A DNA stretch of 64,000 bases from Candidatus Kapaibacterium sp. (GCA_963665665.1 OY762428.1:288001-352000), one strand, 5' to 3'. Shown: positions 1-9,488, numbered from the stretch's first letter. Notes: generated by a model not told the origin, from the letters alone. Numbers and translations are program-made.

Positions 1-228
1 AAAAAGGATTTCACCCTTGAATCTGCTGTTTTTCTTAAATGTTTTGTAGGAGTCTTCGTTAGAAATTACCACACCCCGGGGATTAAAACTTTCAATCTGC
101 TTTTCCAGCAGATCTATATTTCCGTTTGCAGTCAGGTAATTAATTGCAAGACCGGGATTCCTGCTGATTACATCCAGAGCCTGTGTGCCTATTGAACCTG
201 TCGAACCGAGTATTGATATTTTTTTCAT
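1..228 (-). CDS. dxr: 1-deoxy-D-xylulose-5-phosphate reductoisomerase, 5' part (runs off window start)
   Basis: Manual translation from ATG at 228: MKKISILGSTGSIGTQALDVISRNP..., the Dxr NADPH-binding GSTGSIG motif; not in the ORF track because it is truncated. Confidence 0.92.
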   Translation of the reverse strand, partial: MKKISILGSTGSIGTQALDVISRNPGLAINYLTANGNIDLLEKQIESFNPRGVVISNEDSYKTFKKNSRFKGEILF

Positions 229-242
229 TATAATTTTAGTCT

Positions 243-1877
243 TTAAGAATATTCTCCGGTAATATCCTTTTGCCTTCTGGCAGAATAGAACCTGAAATTG
301 TCAATTTGCACGTGCTGGCTTTGCTGCACTTTAATTTTAACGAAATATTTTATCATAAGGCGTGAAAGCCGTGAAATAGTACCATCAGTAAGATATTCTG
401 CCACATTCGGGTGTACCTGTAGTATCAGCCTGAATTCGCGGGACCGTGAACGGAAATTCTTAAGCCATCTTTCTATTGAATTCAGCAGAACAACTTTTGA
501 AGTTACCCTGCCGGTGCCGTTGCACATCGGGCAGGATTCGCTTGTTTTTTCTGAAATATTCTGATTCACGCGCTGGCGTGTTATCTGAATAAGGCCCAGC
601 TGTGTAACGGGATATACAACAGTTTTGGCACGGTCTTTTGCCAGTTCCCTTTTCATATCGTTAAATATTTTTTTTCTGTTGCTTTCCTTAGCCATATCGA
701 TAAAATCAATAATTATCATTCCGGCAATATCGCGTAGCCTTATCTGGCGGGCAATTTCTTTTATAGCTTCAAAGTTTGTTTTTGCAGCGTTCTTTTCCTG
801 TTCTTTCTCGGTTGCCCTTCCAGAGTTAACATCAATAACTATCATCGCTTCTGTCTGATCGACTACGATTGAACCGCCGCTCGGCAGTTGAACTTTTCTT
901 TTATAAGTTGTAGCCAGTTCATTCTCGATACCGAAAGTATCAAATATCGGCTTTGTACCGGTATAAAGCTGAACTTTATCAATTTGTTCCGGTGATGTTC
1001 TTTTCAGGTAATTCACAATTTCTTTGTAAAGCTTTTTGGAATCAATAATAACCTTAGTAATATCTTTGCCAAGCAAATCCCTGATTACACTTGTTGCAAG
1101 CTGCATATCCTGATGCAGAAGTGCCGGAGGCCTTGACCTTTGAACTTTGGTTTCAATTTCTTTCCATTTATCAAGCAGTTCCTGCCAGTCATTCCGGAGT
1201 TCTTCGTCAGATCTTCCGGCCGATGCAGTTCTGATAATACAGCCAAATCCCTCGGGAAGAACTTTCCTTGCCATCTGCCTTAAGCGCCTGCGCTCCTGGT
1301 AGGAATAAATTTTTCTGGAAACACCTACAATATTGTCAAAAGGCAAGAGTACAACATAACGTCCGGGCAAAGCAATTTTTGTAGTTACTTTTACCCCTTT
1401 ATGGCCGTAAGCTTCACGAACCACCTGCACAATAACATCCTGGTTCGGTTCCAGGTTAATTTTTATCTTACCTGATTTCTTTGTTACGAAAACAGGCCTG
1501 TCCTTATCGTCACCAGTATTGGGCGAAGCTCTTCTTAAAGCAATAGCAGATCCTGAATCGAATTTCCTGGTATCAGAATTTTTTCCCGAATTTTTATCTT
1601 CATAAATATCCTCATCTTCGTCTTCTTCAACAAGGAAATCATTTTCCATTGATTCGTCAATATCAGAAAAATGCAAAAAGGCATCATGATTAAGCCCTAC
1701 ATTTATAAAAGCAGCATTTATCCCCTGAACGATCCTGTTCACCTTGCCAAGATAAATATTTCCTACATACCTTTCCTTATCAGGTAGTTCGATAAAAAAC
1801 TCGGCTAATCTCTCGTTTTCAGTAATGGCAACCCTGACTTCATTCAGGGTTGAATTTATAATAATTTTCTTATTCAT
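243..1877 (-). CDS. Rne/Rng family ribonuclease (RNase E/G)
   Basis: GNIYLGKV S1 start, DVNSG and IIIDFIDM catalytic motifs, CPMCNGTG Zn-link. Confidence 0.95.
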   Translation of the reverse strand: MNKKIIINSTLNEVRVAITENERLAEFFIELPDKERYVGNIYLGKVNRIVQGINAAFINVGLNHDAFLHFSDIDESMENDFLVEEDEDEDIYEDKNSGKNSDTRKFDSGSAIALRRASPNTGDDKDRPVFVTKKSGKIKINLEPNQDVIVQVVREAYGHKGVKVTTKIALPGRYVVLLPFDNIVGVSRKIYSYQERRRLRQMARKVLPEGFGCIIRTASAGRSDEELRNDWQELLDKWKEIETKVQRSRPPALLHQDMQLATSVIRDLLGKDITKVIIDSKKLYKEIVNYLKRTSPEQIDKVQLYTGTKPIFDTFGIENELATTYKRKVQLPSGGSIVVDQTEAMIVIDVNSGRATEKEQEKNAAKTNFEAIKEIARQIRLRDIAGMIIIDFIDMAKESNRKKIFNDMKRELAKDRAKTVVYPVTQLGLIQITRQRVNQNISEKTSESCPMCNGTGRVTSKVVLLNSIERWLKNFRSRSREFRLILQVHPNVAEYLTDGTISRLSRLMIKYFVKIKVQQSQHVQIDNFRFYSARRQKDITGEYS

Positions 1878-1994
1878 GCACCCGCATTCAAAATATTTTC
1901 AAAACCGGCCGAAAAAACACTTTTATAGAAGCGGCCGAAAATAACTTTGCAAAATAACAAAAGCATTTCGTATTTCATAGAATAAAAAAATAAA

Positions 1995-2091
1995 GGCCAA
2001 GTTGACCGTGGCACCCTGAGAACAAACTTACCGCTGCTTCCTTTCGGACCTGACGGAGTTGGGCTTGACTCAGCCGCACGGGACTTGACCC
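1995..2091 (-). ncRNA. ffs: Signal recognition particle RNA (4.5S)
   Basis: Minus strand contains the SRP domain IV core CGTCAGGTCCGAAAGGAAGCAGCG inside a long hairpin whose ends pair (GGTCAAGT...ACTTGGCC). Confidence 0.93.
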
Positions 2092-2211
2092 AAAACTTTT
2101 GATACAAACTTATCAATAATTTTTATTCAATCCAAATTATTTCTTAAAACATTTATTTTTTTCTTGTCAGATTAAAATATTTCCTTTAAATTTGTATTCT
2201 ATACTAATCGA

Positions 2212-2285
2212 GCGCCGGTAGCTCAGTTGGATAGAGCAACAGCCTTCTAAGCTGTGGGCCACAGGTTCGAATCCTGTCCGGCGTA
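2212..2285 (+). tRNA. tRNA-Arg (anticodon UCU)
   Basis: GCGCCGG/CCGGCGT acceptor stem, TAGCTCAGTTGGATAGAGC D arm, ACAGC-CTTCTAA-GCTGT anticodon arm, GGTTCGAATCC T arm; CCA not encoded. Confidence 0.97.
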
Positions 2286-2286
2286 C

Positions 2287-2319
2287 AAAAAGCTCCCAAA
2301 ACAGGGAGCTTTTTTTTTT
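2287..2319 (+). terminator. Intrinsic terminator after tRNA-Arg
   Basis: AGCTCCC-aaaaca-GGGAGCT stem followed by a T run. Confidence 0.85.
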
Positions 2320-2428
2320 GCAGAAACTCATTTTACTCGTCTTTATAGCGATATAAGATTTTAATTAGTAATTGCTGGGTAATATTTTCGTATATTACCA
2401 CTAAACAATATATTACTTTGGAGGCAAA

Positions 2429-5374
2429 ATGACAATAAGATATACTATACAAAATTATTTTTCCACCTTCCTGTTTCTTTTTCTTATCGGAGCATTATCA
2501 AATGCTTCTGCGCATCAAACAGAAGTGCAGCTTCCGGCATCAAAGTACACACTTGCTGATATACTACACAGTAACGTCGAAAATTTAAGCACTGACATTG
2601 GAAAAAACTTCGAAGGCTGGAATACTATAGGAAGCAGCTACGAAGCTCTTCCCCACTTTGCATTTGGTAAGCCTGTCCGAATTGATGGTTATAATGATAT
2701 TACAAAATCAAATGCAGCCGAAGCGGCGAAGGCATTTCTTAATCAAAATAAAATCCTTGATATTGATACCGAATCACTGATATTAAAAAGAGTAACTAAA
2801 GTCAACAATCTTTGGACAGTCGGCTATGCTCAAAAATTTAATAACATTGAAGTTCTTCTCAGCAGCGTTCAGATAATGATCCGCAGCGATGCTAAAGTAA
2901 TTTCATTTGAAAGAGACTATTATTCTAATATTGATGCCCCGACAACTCCTACAGTTTCAGTTGCAACTGCAATAGAACGTGCAGGCGAGTTCAACACTGA
3001 AATCAAAAATCGTGAAAGAATTCAGGCAAATAAGGAATTATTTATTATACCGGTTCATACACCCGGAAATGTTGATTTCAGGCTTGTTTATGACATTACC
3101 ATTGCAGGAAGTGATCTTATAACCCAGACTTTTGTTGACGCAAATAGTTCTGCACTTGTATGGAAAAGGGAATTAACGAGCAATATTGATACTAAAGTCA
3201 AAATTGCAGGTATGGTAAAAATGAACAACCCTCTGAACGAAGAAATGATCAAACCTTTTTACGATATAAACGTTCTATACAACGATTCCACTTATATTAC
3301 TGATATGAATGGCGAAGTAGTTTTGCCTGTAGAGGCAATTTCTGATTTTTCAGTATCTTTTACCGGGCCCTATGCAAATGTTTCCCGCTTAGGTTCTGAA
3401 AAAACAACTTTCACCAAAAAGATAGAACCGGGAGTTGATTTCGAAATGGAAATTTCTGACACCAATTCGCATTTGTTCGAAAGAATGCTTTTCTATCATA
3501 CAAACAAAGCCCATAAATTTTATACAGATATCGATCCGGAATCATCCGCCATGGATTTTCAGATAAATGTAACTCTTAGAAGTCAGGGTATGAGCCCCAA
3601 TGCTTCAAGCAATCTTGAAACCGGAGATATTAATTTTTATAAAGTTGATGACCCTGCTGCAAAAATGGCACAGACTCCGGGTATTCTTTATCATGAATAC
3701 GGACATAGTGTAAACACCAGGCTTTACAAGGAACTCGGATGCTCTAACGGTATGATAAATTTTGCTACTCACGAGGCCACAGCCGACCTGAACGCTGCTC
3801 TCCAGCTTAACGACCCGAGAATCGGCTACGGTACGTTTCCTGATACGAATAAGATTATCAGAACGATAAATAACAACAACAAATATCCCGATGATATTTC
3901 AGGCGAATCCCATCACGACGGCCTTATACTTGCAGGTGCGTTCTGGGATATGAAGAAAGTAATTAACGACCTTAACTATATGGCAAAACTTATTCATTAT
4001 TCAAAAAAGATAAGCCTGCCGGATGACGAAAATACGGGCGTAGCCTATGCCGAATGGCTTTTAGCTGCCCTTATTGCCGACGATGCCCTTGGAGAAGGCG
4101 ACAACGACCTGACCAATGGCAGCCCGAATGCAATGGAAATACTCGAAGCCTTCAACAAGCACCAGATCGGCCCGAGGCTTCTTGTTCAATCAACATTCAG
4201 CCACGATCCCTATCCGGATACTTATGACACAGAAAACAACTATGTAATTAATTTTCACTTAGACGGCTCGATTGCTTTTCTTGAAAATACTCCGAGCAAT
4301 GTTATGTTACATTATTCAATTAATGGCGGCGAATATATCGATGCTCCTGCAGAAATGTTAACAAAAGGAAATTATGAGGTAATTATCCCTGCACAGCCAA
4401 GAGGTACAAAGGTAAGATATTACTTCACTGCTGTTGAATCATATTCTAAAGCTAAAATGGAGTTTTTCAAGAACATGCAGTCCTCGACACCTTACCTTTT
4501 CTATGTCGGGTATAAAACAGTTTTTACCGACAATCTGGAAGAAATTGAAGGCTGGACAATAGGAGCAGATTCTGATAATTCGACTAATGCCGGTTGGGAA
4601 TACGGCGTACCATCAATGGTTGTTTTCAAAAGTGGAAATACAAAATACACAATGCAGCCAGGTGAAGATCACAGTTCTGACGGCACAAAATGTTTTGTAA
4701 CCGGCGCTGGTTTTGACGGCACAACAAGTGGTTTCTATACAGGGATGCCAAACGGCAAAACAACATTAACATCGCCGAAATATGATATATCAAATCTTAG
4801 CAAGCCATTGTTGACATATTATCAGTATTTTGTAAATATTCAATATTTCGGTCCCAACCATCTTTGCAATTGGATAACAGAAATCAGCAGTGATGGCGGA
4901 ATCACCTGGGTTACTGTTGAAAACACTAAGGAGTTTGACTGGAAATGGATTGAGAAAAAAATTGATATTGAAGAATATATCGAATTGACTAAAGAATTCC
5001 AATTCAGAATTATTTTCAATGCCAAAAAAGGCCAGAATATTATACCCGGAGCATGGAATGAAGGTCTGGTAGACGATATCGGGTTTCTTACTGCTAACGA
5101 TGGCTTAGTAAGTTCAAAACAGGATGAAATCTATGAAAACATCGTAATTTTCCCTAATCCTGCTTCTGACTTCATCACAGTAGGAAACATCTATGAAAAA
5201 ATTATTTCAAAAATTGAAATTTCAGATATGAACGGTATTACTATTCACTCCATTTCAGGAATTTCAGGAGATGAACTCAAAATTGACTTAAATAAATTTT
5301 CTACCGGAATGTATGTTCTTAAACTCTATTCCGAAACTGATGTAAAAACTCACAAATTTGTGATTATAAGGTAA
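2429..5374 (+). CDS. Secreted zinc metallopeptidase (M4/M36-like) with propeptide and T9SS type A C-terminal sorting domain
   Basis: Signal peptide, FTP/PepSY-like pro-region, HEYGH zinc motif, downstream HEATAD and ESHHDG, C-terminal IFPNPA...GMYVLK...KFVII. Confidence 0.8.
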   Translation: MTIRYTIQNYFSTFLFLFLIGALSNASAHQTEVQLPASKYTLADILHSNVENLSTDIGKNFEGWNTIGSSYEALPHFAFGKPVRIDGYNDITKSNAAEAAKAFLNQNKILDIDTESLILKRVTKVNNLWTVGYAQKFNNIEVLLSSVQIMIRSDAKVISFERDYYSNIDAPTTPTVSVATAIERAGEFNTEIKNRERIQANKELFIIPVHTPGNVDFRLVYDITIAGSDLITQTFVDANSSALVWKRELTSNIDTKVKIAGMVKMNNPLNEEMIKPFYDINVLYNDSTYITDMNGEVVLPVEAISDFSVSFTGPYANVSRLGSEKTTFTKKIEPGVDFEMEISDTNSHLFERMLFYHTNKAHKFYTDIDPESSAMDFQINVTLRSQGMSPNASSNLETGDINFYKVDDPAAKMAQTPGILYHEYGHSVNTRLYKELGCSNGMINFATHEATADLNAALQLNDPRIGYGTFPDTNKIIRTINNNNKYPDDISGESHHDGLILAGAFWDMKKVINDLNYMAKLIHYSKKISLPDDENTGVAYAEWLLAALIADDALGEGDNDLTNGSPNAMEILEAFNKHQIGPRLLVQSTFSHDPYPDTYDTENNYVINFHLDGSIAFLENTPSNVMLHYSINGGEYIDAPAEMLTKGNYEVIIPAQPRGTKVRYYFTAVESYSKAKMEFFKNMQSSTPYLFYVGYKTVFTDNLEEIEGWTIGADSDNSTNAGWEYGVPSMVVFKSGNTKYTMQPGEDHSSDGTKCFVTGAGFDGTTSGFYTGMPNGKTTLTSPKYDISNLSKPLLTYYQYFVNIQYFGPNHLCNWITEISSDGGITWVTVENTKEFDWKWIEKKIDIEEYIELTKEFQFRIIFNAKKGQNIIPGAWNEGLVDDIGFLTANDGLVSSKQDEIYENIVIFPNPASDFITVGNIYEKIISKIEISDMNGITIHSISGISGDELKIDLNKFSTGMYVLKLYSETDVKTHKFVIIR

Positions 5375-5377
5375 ACA
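5364..5377 (+). repeat. 14-bp direct repeat, left copy (TTATAAGGTAAACA), includes the peptidase stop codon
   Basis: Identical 14-mer at 5824-5837. Confidence 0.8.
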
Positions 5378-5823
5378 TATTTGGTAACATCAATCGGACA
5401 GATGATGTCCCGTGATGCCTCCTTATAATTACTATTAACCAATATTAACGATGTGAAGGATCTATAATAGAAAATAGTTATGGGTCCTTCTCTACGCTTA
5501 GACGAAGATAGAAGTCTGACCCGATTTATAATCTACCTGTAGGGTAATAAAAGTTTTTAAGCAAAAAAGCTTCTCTTACACTATATCCGGCAAAAGGCGG
5601 TCAGCGAAACTGTCACTGCACCGCAATATTCAATGTTACTCCAATGGACAGTTTTAACTAAAAGATAAATAATAAAGAGCCTTCTTTCGAAGGCCCTGAT
5701 ATTTTTGCCCTTTAAGATATCCGTTTTCTACCTTTAGCAATCTTTTGGGGCTTATAATTGGCTGCTCAAAGAACAGCAGCCATAAAAACTCGGTTTAGGG
5801 GAAATCCCTATTGGGATTGCTAT
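5378..5823 (+). ncRNA. Putative large structured non-coding RNA of unknown class
   Basis: No ORF of 60 aa or more; many helices with G-U pairs that form only on the + strand (5455-5467/5478-5490, 5589-5596/5702-5709, 5735-5744/5813-5822) plus nested hairpins; found by eye. Confidence 0.6.
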
Positions 5824-5837
5824 TTATAAGGTAAACA
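5824..5837 (+). repeat. 14-bp direct repeat, right copy (TTATAAGGTAAACA)
   Basis: Identical 14-mer at 5364-5377. Confidence 0.8.
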
Positions 5838-6211
5838 CAATTTAATACCTGAAAGTTACAATTTATTTTATAATTATACTGAAAATGATATAATAAGCAA
5901 AATTTATTAAACAATTATGCCATCGATTTTTTTATTTTTCCATCCATTTGGTCTTTAGTCCGGGCTGTTTTATCAAGACTTACAGGCATCAGGGCAAGTA
6001 GATTACATCCAAAACCTATTTTGGAAAGATAGCTGCATTTTCGAGATATTGTAATTTACAAGGTTTTTGTACTGTGTCTGTTTGGGAGCAATCTGAAAGT
6101 GTATTGTATTAATCATAAACTGCAACATCGACAATTACCTGGATATTGAATGTCAGGAAATTTTGTAACAATGTACCAGAAAAGTTTATGGAATATTTAG
6201 ATAAAAACAAT

Positions 6212-6246
6212 TAAGCCTTTGTAAGTATTTTATTTACAAAGGCTTA
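6212..6246 (-). terminator. Long inverted repeat downstream of tRNA-Ser (terminator and/or att-associated palindrome)
   Basis: TAAGCCTTTGTAAGTA-ttt-TATTTACAAAGGCTTA, 16-bp arms with one mismatch. Confidence 0.6.
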
Positions 6247-6258
6247 TATATTATTCTG

Positions 6259-6345
6259 CGGAGAAGGTGGGATTCGAACCCACGGTACCCCGAAAGGCAC
6301 AACGGTTTTCGAGACCGCCCCGTTCAACCACTCCGGCACCTCTCC
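6259..6345 (-). tRNA. tRNA-Ser (anticodon CGA)
   Basis: Minus strand GGAGAGG...CTTCTCC-G acceptor, GCGGT-CTCGAAA-ACCGT anticodon arm, long variable arm, GGTTCGAATCC T arm. Confidence 0.97.
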
Positions 6346-6408
6346 GTAAAAAGAACGAATACAAATATAAAAGTTTTTCAGCTAAGAATAAAATTAATAA
6401 GGCTGATT

Positions 6409-7452
6409 TTAATCTTCCATGCTTTCGAACAGGTAAATATAGCTTTCGTAGCGCCCCTCGTCGATCAGGCCATCCACGAAAGCCTGCTGAACAAGGCATC
6501 CCGGCTCATGGATATGGGAGCAGCTTGGATATTTACAGTTTAGCCTATATTCGTCAAATTCGTGAAAATACAGGGCGAGCTCAGATTTTTCCACTCCCCA
6601 AAGGCCAAACTCACGGATACCTGGCGTGTCTATAATAGATGTTCCTCCCGGCATTCTGAACATTTTCACATAGCTTGTGGTGTGGCAACCCTTGCCGGTA
6701 CGCTCGCTTATTTCTTTGACAGCCTGAACTTCTCCGCCAAGAATCCTGTTTAGAAGGGTTGATTTGCCTACCCCGGACTGGCCGGCAAATATCGTTCTTT
6801 TTCCTTCCAGATAATCTTGTATAGTTTCAATATTTAAATTCTCTTTGGCGCTGATAAAGAAAACATCAATACCAAGTGAATCATATACTTCAAACTGCTC
6901 GTAAAAGATATCGTCATCAACGAGGTCGCATTTATTTACACAAAGAGCTGCAGGGATTCCCCCAATTTCAGCTGCAACCAGGAAACGATCGATCAGGCGA
7001 CGATTAAAATCCGGTGTTATCATGGAGGATGTTATTAACAACTGGTCGGCATTAGAAGCAATTACATGCTCGTAGGGCCTCTTCCCCGCTGCCCTTCTCG
7101 ACAAACTGTTTTTTCTTTCATAAACTTTAACTATAACCCCTGACGGAATATCAGATTCTCCGTCAGATCCGGATTCGATATAAGCTACTTCGTCGCCAAC
7201 CGCAATGATTGTCGTATCCTGATGGGGAGTTACGATTGTTCCACCGGGAGAGCACTCAATAATATTGGCTTCATTATCCGAATCCGACTCAGTGGGCCCG
7301 ACAAGATACACACGGCCAATCGATGATATAACTACTCCCTTTTTATACCCGTCAGGAAGTTCACCATCTTTTTTTATCAGAGTTCTCCGCTGTGAACGCG
7401 TAGTCCTTATCGGAGTTTGTTTCCTTTGGAAAGTTTCTTTCTTTTTCGCCAT
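6409..7452 (-). CDS. rsgA: Ribosome small subunit-dependent GTPase A
   Basis: Circularly permuted GTPase: NKCD, GQSGVGKS, GCHTT, DTPG, C-terminal CKYPSCSHIHEPGC zinc finger. Confidence 0.96.
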   Translation of the reverse strand: MAKKKETFQRKQTPIRTTRSQRRTLIKKDGELPDGYKKGVVISSIGRVYLVGPTESDSDNEANIIECSPGGTIVTPHQDTTIIAVGDEVAYIESGSDGESDIPSGVIVKVYERKNSLSRRAAGKRPYEHVIASNADQLLITSSMITPDFNRRLIDRFLVAAEIGGIPAALCVNKCDLVDDDIFYEQFEVYDSLGIDVFFISAKENLNIETIQDYLEGKRTIFAGQSGVGKSTLLNRILGGEVQAVKEISERTGKGCHTTSYVKMFRMPGGTSIIDTPGIREFGLWGVEKSELALYFHEFDEYRLNCKYPSCSHIHEPGCLVQQAFVDGLIDEGRYESYIYLFESMED

Positions 7453-7618
7453 TAAAACTCGTTATAATACAAGTTATTTAAATCTGTCATTTCAATACAA
7501 TTATAAAAATAACAAATTATAAGGAAATTTTTTAAGTATCACATTAAAACCTGCATCTATGAATAAAACAAGGCTTTAAACAAAAAAAATACCAATTATT
7601 TAATCATAAAGTTCAAAC

Positions 7619-7659
7619 AGTGTGAAAAAAAACATATAGTGTCAAGTTTTTTTCACACT
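7619..7659. promoter_or_regulatory. Inverted repeat in the divergent rsgA/recJ promoter region
   Basis: AGTGTGAAAAAAAAC-N12-GTTTTTTTCACACT. Confidence 0.4.
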
Positions 7660-7727
7660 TTTTCTTTGATGAATCAGCATTTTTTTCGTATGTTTGTCTC
7701 AGTTAGTTTAAGTAAATAGGTTTTAAG

Positions 7728-9431
7728 TTGAATTATCGTTGGACGTTCAGAAAAACAAAAGATGATGATACAATACACAAATTAGCCAAGACACTGAAGA
7801 TCCCCAAAACGCTTGCGCATGTATTATCCGCAAGGGGGGTTGACACCGTGGAAGACGCGGTCAAGTTCTTTCATCCGGGAATACGTGATTTATACGATCC
7901 CTTCAGGCTGAAGAACATGGAAAAAGCAGTTGACAGAATTCTGAAAGCGATTGAGAATGAAGAAATTATCTGGATACATGGTGACTACGACGTGGATGGT
8001 ACTGCAAGCACCTCCATGGTTATGCTGTTTCTTAAGGAAATAGGAGCAAAAGTAGACTACTATATTCCGGATCGCTTTGACGAAGGCTACGGCTTATCTG
8101 TAAAAAGTATCTCAGAAGCCCAGAGAAGGGGCGCCAGTCTCATCTTAACAGTTGACGTGGGAATTACATCCTACGTTGCTATCGATTATGCAAATAAGAC
8201 GAAAGTAGATTGTATAATTTGCGATCACCATGAACCCGGAGAAAAGATTCCGGATGTTTTTGCTATTGTTGACCCATTACAGCCCGGATGCGATTATCCT
8301 TTCAATCATCTGGCTGCCTGCGGGGTGGCATTCAAATTAATTCAGGCGCTAAGTATAAAGCTTGGAGTACCGGATAAGCCATATTCTTATCTGGATTTTG
8401 TTGCTATTGCCTCTGCTGCCGATATGGTACCGCTTGTTGATGAAAACAGGGTACTCGTTCACTTCGGCCTTAAGCAACTTAATCATTCACCAAGGCCCGG
8501 ACTTAAGGGGCTGATAGAGTGTACTAATTTGAAGCTCGGCCAGATAGCTACTTCAAATATTATATACGCCCTGGCTCCACTTATTAATGCCGCCGGGAGA
8601 ATGGGCGATGCCCTTCGGTCGGTTGACATGATGACGCAGAAGAATGAAATTCAGGCTTTCAGGATAGCACAGCAGCTTGAACAGGAAAACCGCCGCCGCC
8701 GTGTTTATGATGAGCAGACATTCGAAGAATCTATTCCACTGGCAAAAATTCAGATCAAAGATTTCGACAGACGATCGCTTGTATTGCATCAGCCTCACTG
8801 GCATGCCGGGATTATTGGTATTGTTGCATCACGTCTCGTGGATAAATTTAATTTGCCGACCGTTCTGCTGACAACAATCGACGGAATGGCAAAAGGTTCG
8901 GCAAGAAGTATCAACAATTTTGATATCCATTCCGCTTTGAAGAAATGTTCCGAGTTTCTTATAGAATTCGGCGGGCATAAGCACGCTGCGGGACTTTCCT
9001 TGCCCGAAGAGAATATCGAGCCTTTCCGCGAGAAATTTGATAAGCTCGCAAGGGAAAATATTACAAAGGAAATGTTGGTACCCGAAATCCTGATTGACGC
9101 AGAATTGAAATTGAATCAACTATCGCCGGGATTTTTGTCATACCTGAACAAATTTGCACCTTACGGGTTTGAAAACAATAAACCGATATTTTTCTCCAGG
9201 GGAGTAACTTCAGCCAACGGGGTAAAAATTGTCGGTAACAGCAACCTTAAATTCAGGGCCTTCCAGTCAAACTTTGTAATTGATGCGATAGGTTACGGCC
9301 TTGCAGATAAGTTGAAATATTGTTCCGGCGGGAAATCGTTCTCGATTGTTTATAATCTTGAAATTAATACTTTTAACGGTCAGCGGACGCCTCAGCTTTG
9401 TATAAAAGATATCCGGCCTGACGTTTACTAA
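7728..9431 (+). CDS. recJ: ssDNA-specific 5'-3' exonuclease RecJ
   Basis: DHH motifs GDYDVDG, TVDVG, DHH, INAAGR, GSARS, GGHKHAAG; TTG start. Confidence 0.96.
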   Translation: MNYRWTFRKTKDDDTIHKLAKTLKIPKTLAHVLSARGVDTVEDAVKFFHPGIRDLYDPFRLKNMEKAVDRILKAIENEEIIWIHGDYDVDGTASTSMVMLFLKEIGAKVDYYIPDRFDEGYGLSVKSISEAQRRGASLILTVDVGITSYVAIDYANKTKVDCIICDHHEPGEKIPDVFAIVDPLQPGCDYPFNHLAACGVAFKLIQALSIKLGVPDKPYSYLDFVAIASAADMVPLVDENRVLVHFGLKQLNHSPRPGLKGLIECTNLKLGQIATSNIIYALAPLINAAGRMGDALRSVDMMTQKNEIQAFRIAQQLEQENRRRRVYDEQTFEESIPLAKIQIKDFDRRSLVLHQPHWHAGIIGIVASRLVDKFNLPTVLLTTIDGMAKGSARSINNFDIHSALKKCSEFLIEFGGHKHAAGLSLPEENIEPFREKFDKLARENITKEMLVPEILIDAELKLNQLSPGFLSYLNKFAPYGFENNKPIFFSRGVTSANGVKIVGNSNLKFRAFQSNFVIDAIGYGLADKLKYCSGGKSFSIVYNLEINTFNGQRTPQLCIKDIRPDVY

Positions 9432-9451
9432 GCTGAAAATATTGAAATATC

Positions 9452-9488
9452 AGGCTTGCGCGGTTCAAACTGCTCAGGCCTTTTTTTT
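9452..9488 (+). terminator. Intrinsic terminator-like hairpin after recJ
   Basis: AGGCTTGCGCGGTT...ACTGCTCAGGCCT stem with T run. Confidence 0.6.

Noticed and set aside
1874-2116. 80-aa ORF upstream of RNase E/G
   Set aside because: Overlaps the SRP RNA on the same strand; shadow ORF
5378-5823. Assignment as group I/II intron, tmRNA, RNase P, hammerhead or c-di-GMP riboswitch
   Set aside because: No GUGYG start or domain V, no convincing P7 pair, no tRNA-like ends, no GAGGAAAGUCC, no CUGAUGA core; left unclassified
6251-6635. 82-aa and 122-aa ORFs
   Set aside because: Overlap tRNA-Ser and rsgA; translations of tRNA sequence
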